DNA from: Candidatus Muiribacteriota bacterium
Lineage (GTDB): Bacteria; Muiribacteriota; Muiribacteriia; Muiribacteriales; Muiribacteriaceae
Direction of reading: 5' to 3'
DNA length: 46,861 nt
NCBI GenBank assembly: GCA_051747805.1
Contig: JBNJGP010000008.1
Location: forward strand, 1 to 46,861
The stretch's first letter is position 1. Every line of letters begins with the position of its first letter. The position numbers and the translations under genes are program-made. Below the pieces are notes generated by a model. The model was not told where the DNA came from and did no database searches. It saw nothing but the letters and a program-made list of their open reading frames with translations. This document shows positions 37,173 to 45,209 of this stretch, one piece after another.

Positions 37173-39212
37173 TTACTCAAGGTTGACATTTAAAATAAAA
37201 TAAAATTTTGTATTTGAGTTTTCATAGCTTTCAACTATAATTTTTGAATCCATTTTTTTAAGAATTTTATCTGATATAGATAAACCCAGTCCAGTACCAC
37301 CATATTTTCTTGTGGTTGAGCCATCAACCTGTCTGAAAGCTTCAAAAATCAAATCCTGTTTTTCTTTTGGAATACCTATTCCAGTATCTTCAACCACAAA
37401 TTTAATTTCTGCTTTTTTTGCTGTATTATCCTTTTTAACAAGTTCTATTTTTAAAATCACATGTCCATTTTCAGTAAACTTCACAGCATTACCGATTAAA
37501 TTAACTAGGACCTGCCTGAGACGCTCTAAATCGGTTAAAATATATTCAGGTAAATTTTGATCAAATTCAAATATTAACTCTAAATTTTTATTTTCTATTT
37601 GAACTTTGAAATATTCTAATATATCTTGACTAAACTCTTTTAAATTAATTTTTGAAATATTTAGCTCAAGCTGATCTGCCTCAATTTTAGAAAAATCAAG
37701 TATATCATTAATAAGTATCATCAACCTTTTTCCTGCCCTTTTTATTACACTTAAATATTTAATTTTATTTTTATCTTTCTCACTTGAAAGCATTAAATCA
37801 GAGTATCCAATAATTGAATTCATTGGTGTTCTAAGCTCATGACTCATATTTGCCAGAAACTCGGATTTTGCATCATTTGCTTTTTCTGCCTCTTTTTTTG
37901 CTTTTTTTAATTTTTTATCTTTCTCTTTTCTTTCCTTAATTTCAATATTTAAATTGTTAATGGTAGTTTTTAAACGATTACTCATTAAAAGAAATTTGGT
38001 TTCTAATTCATCTACTTCATTTATTCCTGATTTTTCCTTTTTTGCCATCCATTTACCTTCTGAAAGAGCTTTTGTTAACAAGTTTAATCTTAGTAATGGT
38101 TTTGAAATTCTTTTTGCCACAAATAAAGCAATTATTATTCCGGACAATAGAAATAATGTGATAATTCCAAAAGTTCGACGATTATTATAATATATTTTTT
38201 CTAAAAAATCAGATTCAGGAATAATAGTCATGATAAACCATTTCATAGAATCAAATTTCTTAAACGGCAGAACTACAACATTAAATTTTGATTTTTTAGC
38301 ACTTACAGAAAATACAAACTCTTCATTTATATTTTCTAAAAAAATTTTATTTTCGTTGAAATAATCATGTATGTGGCTAATAAAATTAATATCAGAATTT
38401 TCCCAGTTAAGTTTTTCAAACGTTTTACTGACATCGTTTTTAAGAATTACATTTTTGTTTCCTGAAGTTGAAATAAGCTCTCCTTCTTTATTAATGATAA
38501 TTGTTTTACCATTTTTACCCACCTTAAGAGTGCTCATGAATTTATCTAAATAGGATAGGAATAAATCTGCGGCTAATACACCTTCAATTTCATCAGTTTC
38601 ACGTTTATAAACAGGTTTACTAACAGTAATTGCCATATCATGCCCAGTTGATAAAACATATGGACTGCTCCAGGTAATAGATTCAGTTTCAAGTGCTTTT
38701 TTATACCATGGTCTTGATACAGCATCAAAGTTTTTAATAGTTGTGATTAATTTATTTGTATTATTTTCATCATCTATTTCATATTTAAACAAAGGGCCTG
38801 CCTGAAGATTTTCAGAGTACATAATATAGTAACTATCGCCTTCAGATTCACGTCCGGCATTTATTATTCCCCCTTCTTTATTCCCGAAATATAAACTATT
38901 AATTGTTTCATTATATCTTACATTTTGTATAAAAATTTTTTTTAACTTTTCTGAATTATCTAAATGTACTAAATCACGATTTATCAAACTGTAATTTAAC
39001 TTTATTAAGTTTTCAGCACCTTGAAAATAATCTTTTAACTCCTCATAAACCCGGTAATTTATTTCTCTTATAAATTCATTTGTTACAGCATTTACAGATA
39101 TAACACTGTTATAGTAAGAAATATAGGAAATAATAATTGAAATAACTAATATTTGAGAAATAAAAGCAAAAATTAAAATATTTTGTATAGAAATGCTAAA
39201 TTTATTTTTAAT
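37173..39212 (-). CDS. Membrane Cache-HAMP sensor histidine kinase (apparent ATT start)
   Basis: RPWY Cache motif, TM, HAMP, SHELRTP, NLIGNAVKFT, DTGIG, GTGLGL. The frame is open 75 codons upstream of the track start, encoding TM1, up to an ATT 8 nt after GGGAGG. Confidence 0.85.
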   Translation of the reverse strand: MKNKFSISIQNILIFAFISQILVISIIISYISYYNSVISVNAVTNEFIREINYRVYEELKDYFQGAENLIKLNYSLINRDLVHLDNSEKLKKIFIQNVRYNETINSLYFGNKEGGIINAGRESEGDSYYIMYSENLQAGPLFKYEIDDENNTNKLITTIKNFDAVSRPWYKKALETESITWSSPYVLSTGHDMAITVSKPVYKRETDEIEGVLAADLFLSYLDKFMSTLKVGKNGKTIIINKEGELISTSGNKNVILKNDVSKTFEKLNWENSDINFISHIHDYFNENKIFLENINEEFVFSVSAKKSKFNVVVLPFKKFDSMKWFIMTIIPESDFLEKIYYNNRRTFGIITLFLLSGIIIALFVAKRISKPLLRLNLLTKALSEGKWMAKKEKSGINEVDELETKFLLMSNRLKTTINNLNIEIKERKEKDKKLKKAKKEAEKANDAKSEFLANMSHELRTPMNSIIGYSDLMLSSEKDKNKIKYLSVIKRAGKRLMILINDILDFSKIEADQLELNISKINLKEFSQDILEYFKVQIENKNLELIFEFDQNLPEYILTDLERLRQVLVNLIGNAVKFTENGHVILKIELVKKDNTAKKAEIKFVVEDTGIGIPKEKQDLIFEAFRQVDGSTTRKYGGTGLGLSISDKILKKMDSKIIVESYENSNTKFYFILNVNLE

Positions 39213-39334
39213 ATTTAAATCCTCCCAACAATATTATTATATTTTTGCCCTTTTACATATTTACAATTTTATTATAAAAAATTTATAATTTCAATATAAT
39301 TAAAAAAGTAATATTAAATTATATTTTAATTCAC

Positions 39335-39455
39335 CAATTCTCAATTTAGCCGAAAATCCTTTAGTGGTTAGGCCTACACACTTTGCTTTTTCGCAAAGTG
39401 CTGTCGGCGCTGACCCCATCAAATCAAGGATTTTCTCTATTTTCATTGAGAATTG
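39335..39455. repeat. 121-nt nested inverted repeat (rod-like hairpin; MITE/REPIN or ncRNA)
   Basis: Nested stems CAATTCTCAAT/ATTGAGAATTG, GAAAATCCTT/AAGGATTTTC, GGTTAGGCC/GGCGCTGACC and CACTTTGC/GCAAAGTG. Confidence 0.75.
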
Positions 39456-39608
39456 CTGGTTTTAATTCCTGTTTAGTAAAAAAATTATAGCAGATAATTT
39501 CTATTAAAAAAAATTCTTTAAATATTAGCCTCTTATTTTTTTGGTATTTGCAGAAACCCCTTTTTTATGATAAATTAATTTAACATAATATTAAATACTG
39601 GTGGAAAG

Positions 39609-40811
39609 ATGAATTTTATATTTTCAAAGAAAGTTTTTCTTTTTCTTATCATAATTCTTATGGTATTAAACATATATAGTGTTAACTTAGATGAAATTTA
39701 TTCAAAAATTTTTACAAATAATTTTGATTATACTGAAATTTATTCCCCTGAATTTTTAAAAACTGTGTCAACAGAAAAAATTAAAGAAATTACTAGTCAT
39801 TATTTATCAATATTAGGGGAATTTTCCCATATTCAAGAAGACAATGAAAAGATTACTGTTTTTTTTGAAAAAGGAGAAGCTCCTTCTACAATCTCAATAA
39901 ACAGAAAAAATATGATTACTAGTATCTGGTTGGGAGATGCAAAAATTTCAGGAGATAATTTTGAAAAAGTTTTAAATGACTTTTATGAATTAGGAAAAAA
40001 AATATCTATCTCAATTTTAAAAAATGGTGCCGAAGAGATTTTTACCTATAATTCTGATGAAAATCTTGGGGTTGGCTCAGCTTTTAAATTGTATATATTA
40101 AAAGCTCTGCAAGAAAAAATAAAAAATCGTGAAACTGGCTGGTCAAGAGTAATTTATTTAAAAGATGATATGAAAACTCTCCCCTCGGGAATTTTACAGA
40201 GTTGGCCAAACTTATCCCCTGTTACTTTGAAAACTGCGGCAAATTTAATGATTCAATACAGCGATAATACAGCAACTGATATGTTAATTAACTTTTTATC
40301 AAAAGAGTATATTGAAAAATTCACCCCGGAATCCCTTAAACCGTTTATGACAACAAATGAATTCTTTAACTTAAAATTAAATTCAGACAATAATTTCAGA
40401 GAAAATTTTTTTAAGGCAGATAAAAACAGGAAAAGAAATTTATTAAATACTTTAACAGAAAATGAATATTCAGATGAAAAAGTTCAAAACTGGAAAAATC
40501 CAGTTGATATTGAACTTGTAGAATGGTTTGTTTCAACAAGAAATTTGTGTGAGATAATTTTTGATCTAAAAAATAATGAATCAATTCAAATAAATCCCGG
40601 TGTTGCAAATAATGAAGATTGGGAAAAAATTGGGTTTAAAGGTGGCTCAGAGCCGGGTGTTTTTAATATGACACACTTGCTTAAAAAAAATGAAAACTCA
40701 GATTACTATTCAATATCAATAACGGTTAATAATTCTAAAAATCCTATAAACGACAATGAATTCATAGATTTATATAAAAGAGCTTTAAATTTATTAAAGA
40801 AATTAATTTGA
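39609..40811 (+). CDS. Secreted serine hydrolase of class A beta-lactamase fold with an N-terminal extra domain (Cpe/LpqF-like)
   Basis: Signal peptide, GSAFK (SxxK), SDNTATD, FKGGSEPGV. Confidence 0.85.
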   Translation: MNFIFSKKVFLFLIIILMVLNIYSVNLDEIYSKIFTNNFDYTEIYSPEFLKTVSTEKIKEITSHYLSILGEFSHIQEDNEKITVFFEKGEAPSTISINRKNMITSIWLGDAKISGDNFEKVLNDFYELGKKISISILKNGAEEIFTYNSDENLGVGSAFKLYILKALQEKIKNRETGWSRVIYLKDDMKTLPSGILQSWPNLSPVTLKTAANLMIQYSDNTATDMLINFLSKEYIEKFTPESLKPFMTTNEFFNLKLNSDNNFRENFFKADKNRKRNLLNTLTENEYSDEKVQNWKNPVDIELVEWFVSTRNLCEIIFDLKNNESIQINPGVANNEDWEKIGFKGGSEPGVFNMTHLLKKNENSDYYSISITVNNSKNPINDNEFIDLYKRALNLLKKLI

Positions 40812-40829
40812 AACATCAACGGAGGAAAT

Positions 40830-41459
40830 ATGAACTTTTTTTATAAATTATTTTCAAGATTTAACTCTGGTATCAAAGGAAATAAAAAGATAGCTTCGAA
40901 AAAAATTACACTTAATAATATAAAGAACATAAATGCAATGTGCTCGTATTCTATATTATTATTAAATACAGATGAAACACCGGAATTAAAAATTGAAACT
41001 GATGAAAATCTTCTAGAATATATTGAAGTAAAACAAGATGATGAGAAAGTAATTTTAAATACAACAGAAAATATTAAACCTTCAAGCGGGGTGGTTAAAT
41101 TTATTTTTAAAACCAATAGTATTGAAAAAGTTGTTTTAAATGGTGCCGGAAAATTTGAAAGCAATTTTAATTCTGATAATAAAATGTCTTTTACACTTAA
41201 TGGTTCTGGAAAAATAAATCTGACAGGAAATTTACCAAAAGCAAAAGTTATTTTAAACGGGGCCGGAAAATACTTTGGTGAAAATCTTGAATGTGAAAAA
41301 TTTTTCCTTGAAATTAACGGTTCTGGAAAAGCAAAAGTTGGTAAATGTAGAAAATTAACCCTTAAAGGTGCAGGTGTTGGTAAAATTGAATATACTGGAA
41401 ATCCTGAAATAAAAAAGAAACTAACCGGTATAATAAAAATAAAAAGGTCAGGTAAATAA
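40830..41459 (+). CDS. DUF2807/GIN beta-helix protein
   Basis: IETDENLLEYI followed by repeated L/I-NG-A/S-GK units and a terminal YTGNP. Confidence 0.85.
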   Translation: MNFFYKLFSRFNSGIKGNKKIASKKITLNNIKNINAMCSYSILLLNTDETPELKIETDENLLEYIEVKQDDEKVILNTTENIKPSSGVVKFIFKTNSIEKVVLNGAGKFESNFNSDNKMSFTLNGSGKINLTGNLPKAKVILNGAGKYFGENLECEKFFLEINGSGKAKVGKCRKLTLKGAGVGKIEYTGNPEIKKKLTGIIKIKRSGK

Positions 41460-41555
41460 AAAATACTTGAACTCTTTTAATTTATGGGGTTTGTTCATAA
41501 TAAATATGATTAAATTTAATTGACGTTCCAACATGTTTATGTCAATATAAAAAAC

Positions 41556-42176
41556 ATGTATAAAGGCGAAAGATTTAACAGTATATCGCATCTTGTTGGA
41601 ACGGTTTTGTCTTTTATCGGATTAATTGTTCTTATGGTTATAGTAAGCTATAAAGGAGATATTTGGCAGATTGTATCTTTCAGCATTTACGGGTCCAGTC
41701 TGTTTTTAGTTTATTTATGTTCAACGCTGTATCACTCTTTCAGAGGAAAGGCTAAAACAATATTTAAAATTTTAGACCACAATGCTATTTATCTTCTCAT
41801 TGCTGGTACATATACTCCTTTCACTCTGGTTCTACTACGAGGCCCATGGGGCTGGACAATTTTTGGTATAGCCTGGGGGCTTGCTCTGATTGGTATAATA
41901 TACGATACTATTCCAAAAAAAAGTTCAAAAAGATATTTTGCTATAGCCCTCTATTTATTAATGGGCTGGCTTATAGTTATAGCTATTAGACCTCTTCTGC
42001 TTGTTTTACCATTAAAAGGTTTTATTTTGTTGTTTATCGGAGGGATTTTTTATTCAACAGGTGTGATTTTTTATGTTTTTGATAAAAAAATTACATATTT
42101 TCACGGTATTTGGCATTTATTTGTTCTTGCTGGAAGTATTTTTCATTATCTGGCTATTGTGGGTTTTTTAATTTAA
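41556..42176 (+). CDS. Hemolysin III / PAQR family membrane protein
   Basis: ERFNSISH, STLYH, LDHNAIYLLIAGTYTP, HGIWHLFV. Confidence 0.93.
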   Translation: MYKGERFNSISHLVGTVLSFIGLIVLMVIVSYKGDIWQIVSFSIYGSSLFLVYLCSTLYHSFRGKAKTIFKILDHNAIYLLIAGTYTPFTLVLLRGPWGWTIFGIAWGLALIGIIYDTIPKKSSKRYFAIALYLLMGWLIVIAIRPLLLVLPLKGFILLFIGGIFYSTGVIFYVFDKKITYFHGIWHLFVLAGSIFHYLAIVGFLI

Positions 42177-42203
42177 GTTCAAATAATATTTGTATTATCA
42201 AAA

Positions 42204-43058
42204 CTAAATTATTAAATAGGCTCCAAAAATCATTATGAGTACACCTATGATTCTATACCCTATCTTTTCTCCAAAAACAACCCATGCTATTATCATTGCA
42301 ATAACCAGTGAAAACATTGTTGCTGGCTCTGCCACACTTAATTCTATTTGTTTTATTGCAATCAGCATTAACACATAAGCATAGGCGTTCACAGCCCCCA
42401 TAATCAAAGATAAATAGGGGCGTTCTTTAAATAATCCAACTATCTTTTTTTGACTTCCACCTAAAAGATTAATAAGAAAAAGAAAAAAAGTCATCTGCAT
42501 ATACAAAATAAATGCATAATAAATTGTATCAATTTGCGCAGACAGTCGGGCATCAAGAGTTCTACCAATTGCAAGCAGAAGTGAAAACAGTATCATTAAC
42601 TGACATGATTTATCAGAAAATAAATGTTTTAAAGAATTTAATATAGAACCTTTCCTTTTTAAAAAAGAGGCTCCTCCAAACATTAATAGTATTCCTGCAA
42701 GTTTAATAAGTGTAAAAGATTCTCCAAGAAAAATCACAGATAATGCAAGCAGAAAAAAAACATTAAAATTATAAAGGGGACCAACAAGCGAAATCTCTCC
42801 TATTGTAAGCGACCTGACATAAACAGTATAAGAAAGCGAGTAAACCATGGCTGGAATTAATATTAGCCTGAACGCTTGCCAGAAGTTTGCTGGAAATTCA
42901 CCAAAAGGTAAAACAGGTAAAAAAAACAAAATTGCGGTAAAAAAAAGCATAAAATCAGCTGCTTTACCGTTTTTTGCACTGCCAAGCATCTTTATCGCTA
43001 CTCTTTCATATCCTAAAAGTATTATTCTAAGTATTAATGCTATATATGCATAATTCAT
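42204..43058 (-). CDS. EamA/DMT family transporter
   Basis: About 10 TM segments in two repeats, each ending in FLGES / FGEK motifs. Confidence 0.85.
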   Translation of the reverse strand: MNYAYIALILRIILLGYERVAIKMLGSAKNGKAADFMLFFTAILFFLPVLPFGEFPANFWQAFRLILIPAMVYSLSYTVYVRSLTIGEISLVGPLYNFNVFFLLALSVIFLGESFTLIKLAGILLMFGGASFLKRKGSILNSLKHLFSDKSCQLMILFSLLLAIGRTLDARLSAQIDTIYYAFILYMQMTFFLFLINLLGGSQKKIVGLFKERPYLSLIMGAVNAYAYVLMLIAIKQIELSVAEPATMFSLVIAMIIAWVVFGEKIGYRIIGVLIMIFGAYLII

Positions 43059-43069
43059 AAAAAATATAT

Positions 43070-43160
43070 TATCATTCATAGCGCAAGCATTCAACTAGGC
43101 AACAACATCTCTTTCTTTGACAATACTTCCTTCATCTACAAGATAATTTAATGATACATT
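43070..43160 (-). pseudogene. Short remnant resembling the lipoyl-like segment of an efflux membrane-fusion protein
   Basis: In frame with the EamA ORF: LNYLVDEGSIVKERDVVA*LNACAMND, similar to the MFP consensus lv.EG..VkkGd.l..LD. Confidence 0.45.
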
Positions 43161-43315
43161 ATGCAGAATATCTCTATGGGATAACAAATTAAAGGATTAA
43201 AAAACAAATCCGTAATAATTTTTTTAAACTATAATTGTTTTTAAAATTTAAATAAAAAAATATTTCATAATTTTTTTAAAATGCCGAAAATAAAAGTATA
43301 GTGTGGAGGTATTTT

Positions 43316-43657
43316 ATGCTTAATATTACACATAAAAAAGAAAATAATGTTACAGATGTAATAATTGAAGGTGATATTGACTGGGGAGATGAAAAAAAAT
43401 TAAATGATTATTTATCAAACCTTTTATATAAAAATCATATGCTTTTAATTATTGACTGCCAGGAACTGGGATATATGGGCAGCTCTGCAATTGGTACACT
43501 TACTCATATTCAAAAGCTGGCAAATAAATATAACGCAAAAATTGTTTATATTAATCTATCTCTGACAATTAAAAAAATTTTTAAAACAGCTAAATTAGAC
43601 GAAATTTTAACTGTTAAAAATTCAAAAAAAGAGGCAATTGATTTGTTTAAAAATTAG
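43316..43657 (+). CDS. STAS anti-sigma factor antagonist
   Basis: IEGDID, IIDCQELGYMGSSAIG, IKKIFKTAKLD; GGAGGT SD. Confidence 0.88.
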   Translation: MLNITHKKENNVTDVIIEGDIDWGDEKKLNDYLSNLLYKNHMLLIIDCQELGYMGSSAIGTLTHIQKLANKYNAKIVYINLSLTIKKIFKTAKLDEILTVKNSKKEAIDLFKN

Positions 43658-43718
43658 TTTTTATATAATAACAGCTTTATATCAAATATTTATAATCTGT
43701 AACCTGTAAACCTGCCCT

Positions 43719-44684
43719 CTAAATTTCCCTAATAATTTCGAGTTCTGCCTCATATTCCTGTGAATTTCCAGAACCAACATTTTTATAGGCACCCAATTCA
43801 ACACAGATAGCATTACCATAATCTTTTACTCTTTCTACAATTATATTATATTCTTCTAAAAGATTTTCATATGCTTTGTTTTTTGAATTTGAACTACTTC
43901 CTATAACACGCTCCCCTTTTATTGTCCGATTTACTTTATCTATTGCAGCTTTTCTTTCTGTGATATAATACATTTGAACTCTTGCTCTAAACTGATTTCT
44001 ACTTTCTGAAATATTTTCAGGTGATTCATGAAAAGCAAATCCAAAAGCTTCTTTACCAAGCTCCTGATTAAGAGATATATGATTATTTACATAATTTTTT
44101 AATGAACCAACTGCTTTATTAAGATTATTAGCAGTAGTTCCAAACATTTCCTCGCCAGTTATTATAGAATTAAAATTTACAACCTGTTCTTTGTGGCGGT
44201 CAATTTTAAATCTTAAACTATTCTTTGCATGATATTTAATCGAATTATTAACAGTAGCGGATACAGGATTCTTAGATTCAAAACCTACAAATCTATCCCC
44301 TAATTGTTTTCTAAACTTTTCAATCATATCTTTTTCAGCTTCATAATATGCTTTCTCGGCCTTTCTATGAGCAGCTGATGATGAACCAAAAATAATTTCA
44401 CCCTCAACATAAACGTTATTAATAGTAATTATTTCTGTCTGACCACCTGTATAAGAATCGTCCTCTAAAGTTTGCAAAACATTGGTAAGTTCATCGTTGA
44501 CATATCTTAAAAGATGGACATTTTTATTAAAATTTGGATTATAACGTAACTGATTATAAATTTCGTTTAAATTCTGATTAATTTGTGACTCAAGATAAGA
44601 TATTTCGCTACTTTCATCTGTTTCTGCACAAGCAAATGTAAAAACAATACCTAATACAAGAAGAAATATTAGAGTTTTTTTCAT
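43719..44684 (-). CDS. Secreted hypothetical protein with three ~77-aa internal repeats
   Basis: Signal peptide; repeats beginning VEGEIIFGSS, ITGEEMFGTT and IKGERVIGSS. Confidence 0.75.
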   Translation of the reverse strand: MKKTLIFLLVLGIVFTFACAETDESSEISYLESQINQNLNEIYNQLRYNPNFNKNVHLLRYVNDELTNVLQTLEDDSYTGGQTEIITINNVYVEGEIIFGSSSAAHRKAEKAYYEAEKDMIEKFRKQLGDRFVGFESKNPVSATVNNSIKYHAKNSLRFKIDRHKEQVVNFNSIITGEEMFGTTANNLNKAVGSLKNYVNNHISLNQELGKEAFGFAFHESPENISESRNQFRARVQMYYITERKAAIDKVNRTIKGERVIGSSSNSKNKAYENLLEEYNIIVERVKDYGNAICVELGAYKNVGSGNSQEYEAELEIIREI

Positions 44685-44763
44685 TTCACCCCTCCTTAAA
44701 ATATAAACTCTATTTAATTATAAGATAATATTAAAAATTTTACAAGAGAGTTTTTTTGAGAAT

Positions 44764-44795
44764 AAAAAAAAGGGCTGAAAATATTCAGCCCTTTT
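44764..44795 (-). terminator. Rho-independent terminator of csp
   Basis: AAAAGGGCTGAA-AATA-TTCAGCCCTTTT with a long T run on the minus strand. Confidence 0.88.
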
Positions 44796-44814
44796 ATATG
44801 AAAGTATTAATTAA

Positions 44815-45012
44815 CTATTCTTTTATAACGTTTACTGCTTGAAGACCTTTTTGACCTTCTTCAACATCATAAGTTACAGCATTACCTTCAGTTAAAGATT
44901 TGAATCCATCACCTTGAATTGCGTTAAAATGAACAAAAACGTCCTGTTGATCTTCACCTGTGATAAATCCATAACCTTTTGCGTCGTTAAACCATTTAAC
45001 TGTTCCTTTCAT
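44815..45012 (-). CDS. cspA: Cold-shock protein
   Basis: [35 protein letters not shown]. Confidence 0.96.
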   Translation of the reverse strand: MKGTVKWFNDAKGYGFITGEDQQDVFVHFNAIQGDGFKSLTEGNAVTYDVEEGQKGLQAVNVIKE

Positions 45013-45209
45013 GTTTCCTCCCAAAAATTATATTGTTTCATTAAGGTCTCTCTGGGAGGACACAATAGATTATGCTGTCCATAACTACCTGTTACCACAC
45101 CCATGACTCCTTAAATCTAACATTATTATTATCGCATATTTTTTTTTAAAAGTAAAGTTATTTTTTTTGTACCACTCCCCTAACTCCAAAAAAACCTGTT
45201 ATAAAGGGA

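Noticed and set aside
39335..39455. Riboswitch (c-di-GMP), SRP RNA or tRNA
   Set aside because: The diagnostic conserved motifs and the cloverleaf are absent; the structure is a single nested rod.
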